Part shown: positions 56,636 to 64,000 of the stretch, piece by piece
Position numbering within the stretch: the first letter of the stretch is position 1
How the letters are laid out: each line of letters starts with the position of its first letter
IMG/VR virus record: IMGVR_UViG_2706794597_000005
Location: 9,601 to 73,600 of that record
Reading direction: 5' to 3' (one strand)
Length of the DNA: 64,000 nt
DNA from: a virus
Lineage: Duplodnaviria; Caudoviricetes
Made by a program: the position numbers and the translations under genes
Notes under the pieces: model-generated
The model's database searches: none
What the model saw: only the letters and a program-made list of their open reading frames with translations
What the model was told of the DNA's origin: nothing

Positions 56636-57621
56636 ACCGATACCCCGTTTATCCAGTCAGTGTTATCGAAGTCCAAAACAGGCTTACCAGTGGCAGTGCC
56701 TGATTGCTGTTTCTTGCGCTTGATGTCCAGCTTGTCCCATTTCTCGCGAAGCGTTGACGGGCAAAGCACGTTGCCACACCAGAAACTATCCTGAGTGGCC
56801 CACTTGAAGAGCACACACATATCTCGGTGATTCCTGCCATCCCGTTCACGCATCAACCTGATGCTATTGGCCCAGCCAGCAAAAGACGGCTTTTTAGCGT
56901 CAGGGGCAATCATCAACACGGCGCTGAACATCCACTCAGCTGCTCGAAGGTCTTCAGCAGTTCCCCAATTTTTACCGCTTTGGATTGCAGCATCAGGACG
57001 AACTACAGGAAGCTTCTTAGGTGGGGTGTCAGGGGATTCGTTAGAATTCTCTGACGTAAAGGGTTTTATATTATTGTTATTACCTTCTTGTTCATGATGT
57101 GCGGGTTTAAGTGCGGCGTTATGTGCGGCACCACCTTCTAAAGCCGCGCCGTTACTGGCTTCACCATGTGCGGGTTTAAGTGCGGCGTTATGTGCGGGTA
57201 AATTGTCTATTTTTTCGGCATATTCAGCGTAATTTAGGATGGTGATTACCGTCCCTTTTCGCTTCTCTCCACCCGTTGCAATCATCCCTTCTTTGACGAA
57301 AAAGGAGAGCATCCTGCCCACCGCATCACGGCTTGTTGGCTTACCTTCTCTATCGCACAGAGATAGCCCTAAATCAGCCGCTGTCGTGACCAGTTGACCG
57401 GCTTGAAGATTCCATTGGTGACCTTTGAAATTAACCGTGCGGGGCTTTCTTTGAGCACCCAATAGCAGGTCCTCCCAGAGAGTCCGCAGGAAAACATCTT
57501 TGTGCCAAGGTTTCTTCTTGATGCTTCGGTACAACGGGACATAACCAAGCTTCTGGTTCTCCATCCTGTTGCTCCTGCGCTCACGTTCGGCGCTGATATC
57601 AAATACTTTGGCTGTACTCAT
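56632..57621 (-). CDS. O: Replication initiator O-like protein
   Basis: WANSIRLMRERD, FWCGNVLCP..LR.KWD.L, DFDNTDW; internal iterons. Confidence 0.9.
   Translation of the reverse strand: MSTAKVFDISAERERRSNRMENQKLGYVPLYRSIKKKPWHKDVFLRTLWEDLLLGAQRKPRTVNFKGHQWNLQAGQLVTTAADLGLSLCDREGKPTSRDAVGRMLSFFVKEGMIATGGEKRKGTVITILNYAEYAEKIDNLPAHNAALKPAHGEASNGAALEGGAAHNAALKPAHHEQEGNNNNIKPFTSENSNESPDTPPKKLPVVRPDAAIQSGKNWGTAEDLRAAEWMFSAVLMIAPDAKKPSFAGWANSIRLMRERDGRNHRDMCVLFKWATQDSFWCGNVLCPSTLREKWDKLDIKRKKQQSGTATGKPVLDFDNTDWINGVSV
57060..57198. repeat. Replication origin: six AWGTGCGG iterons in two 32-bp direct repeats, next to an AT-rich tract
   Basis: atgtgcgggtttaagtgcggcgttatgtgcgg at 57097 and 57166; 12-bp period; inside O. 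Confidence 0.85.
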
Positions 57622-58298
57622 GCGGCAATATCCTTGATTTGATGAGCAGCCAGTAATCCGGCGATCCATTGGATGCCTTTGGGGGTGAACTTGTTTTGGA
57701 TGAAGGCGTGACCGTTTGTTAGGTTCTCGCCTGTTTTAACAGTGAAGCGACCTGCATCGATGTGTTGAGCGTAAGGCGTTAGCTTCCCAGCCAACAGATA
57801 CATGATCTCGCTATCGATCAGGAACTTACGGAAGGTTGGTTCTTTGATGTGAAGAAGCTTGCACGTTTCGCGAAAACCAAGAGATCCGGTTGCAGTTACG
57901 TAGCTGTCAACGAACTGAACTTTCGGTGCTGCAATAGCAAGTTGATTTTCAAGTTTCTGTTTTTCTTCTGCGAGGTCTGCCGCCAGTCGCAAGGCATCTG
58001 GCAAGTTTTGAGGAATGCGCGCCTGATTTTCCAGCTCCTGCCAGCGGTCAACTAATCGAGCCGTGAACTCAGGGGAAAGCTGAGCAACGACGATGTAGCT
58101 ATCGCGCTTGCTAACATGGTACTGCTGATACCGCTGACCATTCTGCGGGTGGGTGTACGCCGTTGGCGCAGACCCCTGAATTACGCCTTTAGCCATTAAG
58201 CGCTCAATGGTTCTACAAACATCGGCATGGCGAGACTCCAGAAGTTCAGCTATTTCTACGCTGCACATAGTCTGATTTACTACTGTTGATAAACTCAT
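57618..58298 (-). CDS. Rha-N / KilAC (ANT) antirepressor, Roi-like
   Basis: M.S.EIAEL..RH..V, FTARLVDRWQELE, ALRLAADL, PKV.F.D, FTPKG..W. Confidence 0.88.
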   Translation of the reverse strand: MSLSTVVNQTMCSVEIAELLESRHADVCRTIERLMAKGVIQGSAPTAYTHPQNGQRYQQYHVSKRDSYIVVAQLSPEFTARLVDRWQELENQARIPQNLPDALRLAADLAEEKQKLENQLAIAAPKVQFVDSYVTATGSLGFRETCKLLHIKEPTFRKFLIDSEIMYLLAGKLTPYAQHIDAGRFTVKTGENLTNGHAFIQNKFTPKGIQWIAGLLAAHQIKDIAA

Positions 58299-58390
58299 GT
58301 ATAATTACCTCTGTAATTGGCTTGCATACCTGATTACCGATGCCCTAACAGTTCGTGCTGTTGGGGCATTTTCATTTGGGATATTCATGA

Positions 58391-58924
58391 TTAGAAACGC
58401 ATTGGCATGATGACGACCGAGGCTTTACTGAATGAACCGGCAAACTCGATGATTGCATAACCTATCGTGCTACTAGGCTTAATTCGGATACCGCAATATT
58501 TAGGACTGTAGAGCTTTGCTGCCTTTTCGATATCAGCTAAATAACCAGCGTTGAAGCCAATCTCTGAAACTGGATTATTTTCTTTCGGTATGATTCGTTC
58601 TACTTTTGGATACACTCCATCAATGACTTCACATAAACCTATGCAAGCCTTGATACCATTCTTATCCAGGTAAGAAACAACGCCGGTTTCAGTATCGATA
58701 ACTGCTGTTTTGAACTTGGTAAATTTAGGGCCATTGATGGCAACAATGACGTTCCCTTCCAATCCTTCTGTATCGTGCTCACCGATGAATAACCGATGAC
58801 CATCTGTTGCAAACAGCTTCTTATCAGGCGCAAAGCAGATCCCGTTTAAGTAATAACGAACATCTTTCTTTGCCTGAAAAATCATTGCGCTTAATAGCGC
58901 CTCTTTACTCAGCGTTAAAATCAT
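58391..58924 (-). CDS. Truncated DNA polymerase III beta-clamp-like protein
   Basis: DVRYYLNG..ATDGHRL..IDGVYP...RIIP..IGFN..YL..VIMPMR, DnaN central and C-terminal motifs; 177 aa. Confidence 0.75.
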   Translation of the reverse strand: MILTLSKEALLSAMIFQAKKDVRYYLNGICFAPDKKLFATDGHRLFIGEHDTEGLEGNVIVAINGPKFTKFKTAVIDTETGVVSYLDKNGIKACIGLCEVIDGVYPKVERIIPKENNPVSEIGFNAGYLADIEKAAKLYSPKYCGIRIKPSSTIGYAIIEFAGSFSKASVVIMPMRF

Positions 58925-58933
58925 TTTTTAATC

Positions 58934-59221
58934 TCAAAAGTTGATAGTAAATTGTTTGGAATCCATGCCCTTCTGTTGGGCTTTTTGCTTTCCGGTCACC
59001 GCAATCACAGCCTGCCTTGCGATTTCCCTTATCACGCTCGTCTCCCATATCTTCTCCAGAAGAACAAACGTCACTGCCATGTCATGTACGTTTAACCGGC
59101 TTACCTTTGATTCGGCCCAGCCAGCCTCCCGCGCAAACTTGCTCTGGCCCTTGATAGCCATTCGGCTTCGTAGCTCAGATTCAACTTCCATAATTCTCTT
59201 GCTGTTACTTGCACGTTCCAT
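58934..59221 (-). CDS. cII: CII transcriptional activator
   Basis: MERA..ESEL..GQSKFA..G..ESKVSR; position after cro. Confidence 0.85.
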   Translation of the reverse strand: MERASNSKRIMEVESELRSRMAIKGQSKFAREAGWAESKVSRLNVHDMAVTFVLLEKIWETSVIREIARQAVIAVTGKQKAQQKGMDSKQFTINF

Positions 59222-59291
59222 TGCGTACTCTTCCCTTGTGATTTGAATGTTGCTGTTCCTCCCCGATGGTTTGGGGATTTAGTTTTGATGG

Positions 59292-59322
59292 GCGCTTTTC
59301 AGCGCAGAGGATTTAATGAGCG
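59292..59322 (-). promoter_or_regulatory. nutR (boxA and boxB)
   Basis: Minus strand CGCTCATTAA..GCGCTGAAAAGCGC. Confidence 0.8.
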
Positions 59323-59330
59323 GGTGGTGA

Positions 59331-59570
59331 TTAAGCGGCGTTAAGTTGATTTGTAGGTAACCCGTCAGTTTTGTTCGGGTAGTCATCACTGTTTAATTCA
59401 TGAGGTGTTACCGCCCAATTGGTTGCCTCTGACCATTGAATGGCCTTGCGTCCCTTTGGTTTGTAACGACCAGCAATAACTTGACTAACAAAACCCTGAG
59501 TAACACCGGCAGCAACCGCATAGTCAGCTTGGCTAATGCCGTTCTGTTTTAGGTAATCATTCAGATTCAT
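59331..59570 (-). CDS. cro: Cro-like repressor
   Basis: HTH SQ..A...GVTQG.VSQ; VTPHEL..YP..DGLP; divergent from cI. Confidence 0.88.
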   Translation of the reverse strand: MNLNDYLKQNGISQADYAVAAGVTQGFVSQVIAGRYKPKGRKAIQWSEATNWAVTPHELNSDDYPNKTDGLPTNQLNAA

Positions 59571-59597
59571 ATCTATCTCCATTTGCTAGATACGACA

Positions 59598-59662
59598 ATA
59601 TTAGTGCTACTGATTAAGAAAAGCAATAGCTGCACTATTTGTTAATTATTAGCAATACGAAT
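59598..59662. promoter_or_regulatory. OR1-3 operators and pR
   Basis: 15-bp sites at 59600, 59625 and 59648 related to ATTAGTAGCACTATT; minus strand TTGCTT-17 bp-TAATAT. Confidence 0.8.
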
Positions 59663-59674
59663 AAAGTCGCGAGC

Positions 59675-60388
59675 ATGGCAAAGAAAAATGTAATTACTGA
59701 AGAAGACTTGAAAATTGCGGATCGCTTAAAGCAAATTTGGGATAGAAAAAAAGACCAGTTAGGACTTAGCCAGGAAAAGGCGGCGGGAATACTTGGTTTT
59801 AGCACTCAAGCAGCTATAAGCCAATTCCTTAATGGCAAGACTTCTCTTAACACAGAAAATATCCTCAAATTCTCTGCGCTGCTTGATGTAGCACCGGAGG
59901 AAATTAATCCATCTATCGGGCCACTGCTTGCACATGTAAGGGCAACGGCACAGACAACTAATTATAAGGATCCGACTCCAGCTTATGGTTACCCATTGAT
60001 TAGTTGGGTTCAGGCTGGAGCATTTAGCGAGATTGATGGGTCATTCACTGAAAGAGATGCCATCAGGTTAGTGGACTCCACTAAAAGAGCCGGGAATAAC
60101 GCATTTTGGCTGGAAGTTAAAGGCGACTCAATGACGGCTCCTGTAGGGGTTAGTTTCCCAGAAGGCATGCTCATTCTTGTTGATCCTGATAGGGCAGTTC
60201 ACGATGGTGACCTGTGTGTTGCATATTTGACGAACAAAAAAGCAGCCACCTTCAAGAAATACGTTGAGGACGCTGGTGATCACTTCCTTAAACCGCTAAA
60301 TCCCGCGTGGCCTTTGACTGAAATCAATGAAGACTGCCGCATCATTGGGAAGGTCATCGATGCTACGTGGGAAGATTTGGACAGCTAA
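59675..60388 (+). CDS. cI: CI repressor with S24 autocleavage domain
   Basis: HTH; VQAG cleavage site; KGDSM Ser and TFKK Lys. Confidence 0.95.
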   Translation: MAKKNVITEEDLKIADRLKQIWDRKKDQLGLSQEKAAGILGFSTQAAISQFLNGKTSLNTENILKFSALLDVAPEEINPSIGPLLAHVRATAQTTNYKDPTPAYGYPLISWVQAGAFSEIDGSFTERDAIRLVDSTKRAGNNAFWLEVKGDSMTAPVGVSFPEGMLILVDPDRAVHDGDLCVAYLTNKKAATFKKYVEDAGDHFLKPLNPAWPLTEINEDCRIIGKVIDATWEDLDS

Positions 60389-60419
60389 CCCACTGCTAGC
60401 CCATAACTTAGGGGGCGCA

Positions 60420-60554
60420 ATGAAAAACTATGCAGTTCCAATCATTCTGATTGTGATAGCTATCATAGGTCTCCTATACGCCAACCGCACATCAGAGAGA
60501 ATAGCTCAATGGGTTAGCCAGGTGTTATCGTTTATCTTCACTGCTAGCCCATAG
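60420..60554 (+). CDS. Small membrane peptide (44 aa) flanked by 15-bp direct repeats
   Basis: MKNYAVPIILIVIAIIGLLYA..; GGGGG RBS; cactgctagcccata at 60391 and 60539. Confidence 0.55.
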   Translation: MKNYAVPIILIVIAIIGLLYANRTSERIAQWVSQVLSFIFTASP

Positions 60555-60858
60555 AGGGGTGGGTGGGTGGATAGTAAAAATTATACTTTTCGATTACTAA
60601 CCACCCCAAAATATGGAAATATCACTGATAGCACCTATACAACGTGTTAATGTGTACTAAGATTAATCAACGAAATAAATTTTAAGTAAAGGTTATAGGA
60701 CTCTTGCCGATATGGTGTTTATTGGATATACATATAGACCTAATTAAGCAAGGGACGCTTTATGAATCATTTTGGTTGCTAAACGTACCTTCCTGTATAA
60801 ATAAAGCTCAGATCTATTGAAATCTGGGTTGAATGACACAATAAAAGGAGTATGATTA

Positions 60859-61206
60859 GTGACCCATGATTTTAGTGATTGTGCGAAGGTTTCAGGTGCT
60901 GAAGCATCTTTGCAGGAAAGACAAATCTATACGGTGCAATTGGGCGTTAAATCGCTAATTGACTTTGTTGTTACAAGCTTTGAATTGCTTGGAATCGATA
61001 AGTTTCATGAGTTAGTAGACCCATCTTTGGGTGACATCGAAGCTATAATTATTAAGTTAGATGCAAAGGCTAAGCAGATTGGTGATATTGATCTGCAGCA
61101 GATACTGCTCAGTGCACAAATCATGATAAAAAATATTAAAGAAAAGAATCCTGAACTTTGTGAGCAAGGGTCTAAATTCCTTAAAAATGCCATGGTGTTC
61201 AAGTAG
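60859..61206 (+). CDS. Hypothetical protein at the rex-equivalent locus
   Basis: 115 aa; AAGGAG RBS; AT-rich. Confidence 0.7.
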   Translation: MTHDFSDCAKVSGAEASLQERQIYTVQLGVKSLIDFVVTSFELLGIDKFHELVDPSLGDIEAIIIKLDAKAKQIGDIDLQQILLSAQIMIKNIKEKNPELCEQGSKFLKNAMVFK

Positions 61207-61232
61207 TTATTGCCGCCCACGAGGAGATTACT

Positions 61233-61358
61233 ATGACTAACAAACAGAAATGCATTAGTGAAATGCTGCAACTCACCAAGCAACTTAATGCTATCGTTGC
61301 ATCGCTGCATGCAAAAAGAGATCAGATGCTGGAAGAAATGACGCAAAAAGCTGCGTAA
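61233..61358 (+). CDS. Small helical protein (41 aa) at the rex-equivalent locus
   Basis: GAGGAG RBS; MTNKQKCISEMLQLTKQLNAIVASLHAKRDQMLEEMTQKAA; followed by a terminator. Confidence 0.6.
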   Translation: MTNKQKCISEMLQLTKQLNAIVASLHAKRDQMLEEMTQKAA

Positions 61359-61375
61359 ATTCTGGTAAAGTTCTC

Positions 61376-61403
61376 AAAACCCGGCCCCGATGCCGGGTTT
61401 TTT
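61376..61403 (+). terminator. Rho-independent terminator
   Basis: aaaaCCCGGC-cccgat-GCCGGGtttttt. Confidence 0.8.
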
Positions 61404-61531
61404 GTGCCTGTAATCTTGCAATATAAAGAAACTCATCTACGCTAAGAGCACAACATCAGGGATTACAAATATATAAACTTAGTCTTTACCTTTGCCCACC
61501 GCGTCCCGTGTGGGCTTTTTTATGTCTGTAA

Positions 61532-61738
61532 TCAGCCTTCTGGCGGTAATCTCAGAATATCAATAGCTAGCTCGACGGCTAAAGTTACCTGTTCCTCCTG
61601 ATACAGTACCTCTATCATCTCTGCTATCGAATCCTTCGACACTTCCTCACTCTCTATTAGTATCTGCATCACAGCAGTACCGATAACTTGCGCCACTTCT
61701 GGGCGTTGCTGCTCGAAAAACTCTTGTTCGCTATCCAT
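61532..61738 (-). CDS. Small acidic hypothetical protein
   Basis: 68 aa; GGTGAG RBS; converges on the hairpin at 61493-61521. Confidence 0.6.
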   Translation of the reverse strand: MDSEQEFFEQQRPEVAQVIGTAVMQILIESEEVSKDSIAEMIEVLYQEEQVTLAVELAIDILRLPPEG

Positions 61739-61855
61739 ATCTCACCCATCAAAGAATAAATTTCACCCAATTTAGCACACTTGACGACGTTTTTTCGGCT
61801 GGATGCTTGAGGGTAACCACTACATTGAAAAAATAAATACATATAGAAATCAATA

Positions 61856-61922
61856 ATAAGTAGCACTACTATAAATAATTATTAGAAGCACTATTGACCT
61901 TAATAATTAGTAGCACTATTAT
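61856..61922 (+). promoter_or_regulatory. OL1-3 operators and pL
   Basis: ataagtagcactact, attagaagcactatt and attagtagcactatt at 25-bp spacing; TTGACC-17 bp-TATTAT. Confidence 0.85.
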
Positions 61923-61964
61923 GAATCCATCAACACGGCAGGACGCCAAAAGTACGACAGGGAG

Positions 61965-61995
61965 TGTTCTTTAAGATAACAGCGCTGAAAAGTGC
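61965..61995 (+). promoter_or_regulatory. nutL (boxA and boxB)
   Basis: TGTTCTTTAA..GCGCTGAAAAGTGC; a long RNase III-like stem follows (62014-62117). Confidence 0.8.
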
Positions 61996-62130
61996 AAAAC
62001 AACCAAAGCGAATGAGTTTTGGGATGTGGTGAAAATCTTGCTGTAGAGGCTGATGGTTGCAAATGCAGTCACAGTCCAGACAGAGAACGGCACTGTCCAC
62101 CGCATCACCAAAACTCATACAGGAGGTTTT

Positions 62131-62301
62131 ATGAATACTAAATTACTTAAGGTCACCGTGCGCGCTTCTGGAAATCCAGTCTACTTTGGTCGCACTTTCG
62201 TTGGTCACACTAAAACCGAATTCTCATACAAAGGCCGCCCAGCTACTAGCGTCATCAATCCTAAGCAGCGCTATATGAAGCTGTCTCCAATCTCCCTTTA
62301 G
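62131..62301 (+). CDS. Small basic protein upstream of N (56 aa)
   Basis: AGGAGG RBS then ATG at 62131; MNTKLLKVTVRASG.. Confidence 0.6.
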   Translation: MNTKLLKVTVRASGNPVYFGRTFVGHTKTEFSYKGRPATSVINPKQRYMKLSPISL

Positions 62302-62363
62302 TTATTTCATCATGCCGCTTAATTAAGGCGGCATTAGTGAAGTTATTAACTGGAGGTAACACC

Positions 62364-62711
62364 ATGGCTCATCAAGGTTATGACAACGCCAGACAGCGCC
62401 GTAACGATAAGCGCTTGGCTCTCACAGCAGCATATAACGCACAACACGGCATCGTAGAACCAGAGTCACGCGAAGTTAAGCGCCCTACTCTGCGATTGAA
62501 CCGTAAGCCAGCCAGCCGCATAGAAAGCGCTATCAAGCCTATCAGCTTCGAATACAGAGCACAGATAGAGAAAGCGGCGGAGTTTTACGGGGCACTGGCA
62601 GAGAAAGCATCAGAGAAACGCCAGCGCGCCAATCTGAAAGTTCGCGGCAACTACGACCAGCAAGTCAACGCTCGCCAGAAGATGCGCGGTAAAAGCATAC
62701 CGCTTATTTAG
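62364..62711 (+). CDS. N: Early antiterminator N
   Basis: Arg-rich NARQRR..R motif; C-terminal ARQKMRGKSIPLI; downstream of pL/nutL. Confidence 0.88.
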   Translation: MAHQGYDNARQRRNDKRLALTAAYNAQHGIVEPESREVKRPTLRLNRKPASRIESAIKPISFEYRAQIEKAAEFYGALAEKASEKRQRANLKVRGNYDQQVNARQKMRGKSIPLI

Positions 62712-62740
62712 AAGCCCACCACATAGTTAAGGGGTAAGAG

Positions 62741-63043
62741 ATGATACAGAATCCAAAAGTTATAGTTTTAGAGCGAAATAAAAGCGGCAGTTACGCAATA
62801 GCAATTACGGATGGCAGTGATAATTTTAATGACGCACTGTTAGCTGTTTCGGTAAAGCTACGCGATAACACCGACAGCTTAGAATCTATGATGGAAGCGG
62901 CACTTTGCTATGCTGCTCAACGGATCTTACAGTTAGAAAAAGGTGGCTACTCACAGCCACCTAGTGGGGAGCCAGAGGCAGTAGGTGGTACAGGTTTGCA
63001 GTCAACAAAGCCATATCCAGAACCAACGCCGATCGCTCTATAA
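62741..63043 (+). CDS. Hypothetical phage protein
   Basis: ORF with RBS following N. Confidence 0.55.
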   Translation: MIQNPKVIVLERNKSGSYAIAITDGSDNFNDALLAVSVKLRDNTDSLESMMEAALCYAAQRILQLEKGGYSQPPSGEPEAVGGTGLQSTKPYPEPTPIAL

Positions 63044-63334
63044 GCCATCTGAGGGAGCGAGTGTTAAATATCCAGACCAGCGATCAAATGAGCACACCAC
63101 AATTTGTGGGCTATTATCTGAAACCTGCAAGGCCACACGCTGGATGCTATCCCGTACTTCTTCAATAGGTTGAGTGAGATTAGCCACATAGGTTCCCGTA
63201 GGTAAAGAACTAACCCTGCCACTATCACCGATTATTTCTTTGCTGAACCCTATGCCTCGCATCATTTCGTGCAAAAGTTCGTATTCATTTGCATCACCGC
63301 CAGAAATTTCGACTCTGGCTATATAGCTGGTCAT
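63038..63334 (-). CDS. DUF2622/GhoS-like small protein
   Basis: Y.ARVE......YE.LHE.M...GF...I..D.G....LP..TY; AAGGA RBS; antisense to the pL operon. Confidence 0.7.
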   Translation of the reverse strand: MTSYIARVEISGGDANEYELLHEMMRGIGFSKEIIGDSGRVSSLPTGTYVANLTQPIEEVRDSIQRVALQVSDNSPQIVVCSFDRWSGYLTLAPSDGL

Positions 63335-63565
63335 ATCCAATTCCTTATTTTGACTGTGGAATAACCAACATATCAATTTCCTTTGACTGTGGAAAGCAGG
63401 GAAACCACGGCTGGGCGTGGCTAAATATCCCAGCACTTGAAATCAAACAGTAACCCCAGTGACCTTACCCCTGCCACTTAACCGGTGGCAGCAATAAGAC
63501 CACTGAAACAAACAACGAGCTGCTTAATGCGGCTTTTTTAATGCTTAAAAATTGAGGATGACCGC

Positions 63566-64000
63566 ATGAGCAAAGAAACAGTGATTACTTATAAGGGCTT
63601 TGACCAGAAGCTTCAGTGTCGTGGCTTTCAGTTTGAAATGGGTGGAACCTTTGAACACGAAGGGGAAGTTGAGGCTTGTGCTACTGGCTTCCATGCTTGT
63701 GAGTATCCACTGGATTGTTTCGGATATTACGAACCGGCGAGTTCTGTTTATGCTGTGTGTGAGCAATCAGGCGACCTGTCCCGCCATGATGCTGATAGTA
63801 AAATCGCTAGCCGAAAGATATCACTTAAAGCGGCGATAACTATTCCTGGCTTGATCAAGGCTGCTATCGAATACGCCACGGAACGATGCACCAAGAATAA
63901 AGCGGATCATGTTAAGGGCAACCAGTCTGCATCGTCAGCCACGGGTGACCGGTCTGCATCGTCAGCCACGGGTGACCAGTCTGCATCGTCAGCCACGGGT
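63566..64000 (+). CDS. Phage protein with YKGF..C..GFHAC domain and SASSATG repeats (partial; runs off the window)
   Basis: Hand translation MSKETVITYKGFDQKLQCRGFQF..GFHACEYPLDCFGYY..; 27-bp tandem repeats from about 63924. Confidence 0.8.
   Translation, partial: MSKETVITYKGFDQKLQCRGFQFEMGGTFEHEGEVEACATGFHACEYPLDCFGYYEPASSVYAVCEQSGDLSRHDADSKIASRKISLKAAITIPGLIKAAIEYATERCTKNKADHVKGNQSASSATGDRSASSATGDQSASSATG

Larger units (their letters stand above)
25710..64000. mobile_element. Lambdoid prophage with epsilon15/phiV10/BPP-1-like podovirus morphogenesis genes (continues beyond the window)
   Basis: N-cI-cro-cII-O-P-nin-Q-lysis-terS-terL-portal-scaffold-capsid-tail tubular A/B-ejection proteins-tailspike. 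Confidence 0.95.

Noticed and set aside
63038-63334. cas2 gene
   Set aside because: Only a shared fold is suspected; no cas1 or array; motifs fit DUF2622/GhoS better
63545-63839. Track ORFs 63545-63766 (-) and 63600-63839 (+)
   Set aside because: Alternate frames of the gene starting at 63566
1-64000. CRISPR array
   Set aside because: The only multi-copy repeats (96-bp tail fibre, ori iterons, 27-bp terminal repeat) are coding tandem repeats without unique spacers

Overview
The window is almost entirely two adjacent temperate prophages of an enterobacterium (probably Yersinia-like; this is an inference). They meet at a 47-bp 3' half of tRNA-Lys(CUU) at 25663-25709, which looks like a shared att site. 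Left (1 to about 25660): the late region of a P2/186-like myovirus (Q P O N M L X Y K lysB lysC R S V W J I H G FI FII E/E' T U D ogr). Its portal gene Q has a premature amber stop. It carries three cargo insertions: a T6SS-effector-like muramidase toxin with a putative immunity gene next to Q, a membrane protein between S and V, and a PAS-LuxR regulator with a divergent cupin between G and FI. Right (about 25710 to beyond 64000): a lambdoid prophage with an epsilon15/phiV10/BPP-1-like podovirus head and tail module, a tailspike, an O-antigen acyltransferase, a SAR lysis cassette, Q, the nin region, O/P replication genes, cII/cro/cI and N. Between Q and the lysis genes it carries an anti-CRISPR operon: an acrIF11-like gene followed by an aca5-like gene that is missing from the ORF track. 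All family assignments come from recalled motifs and gene order; no searches were run.
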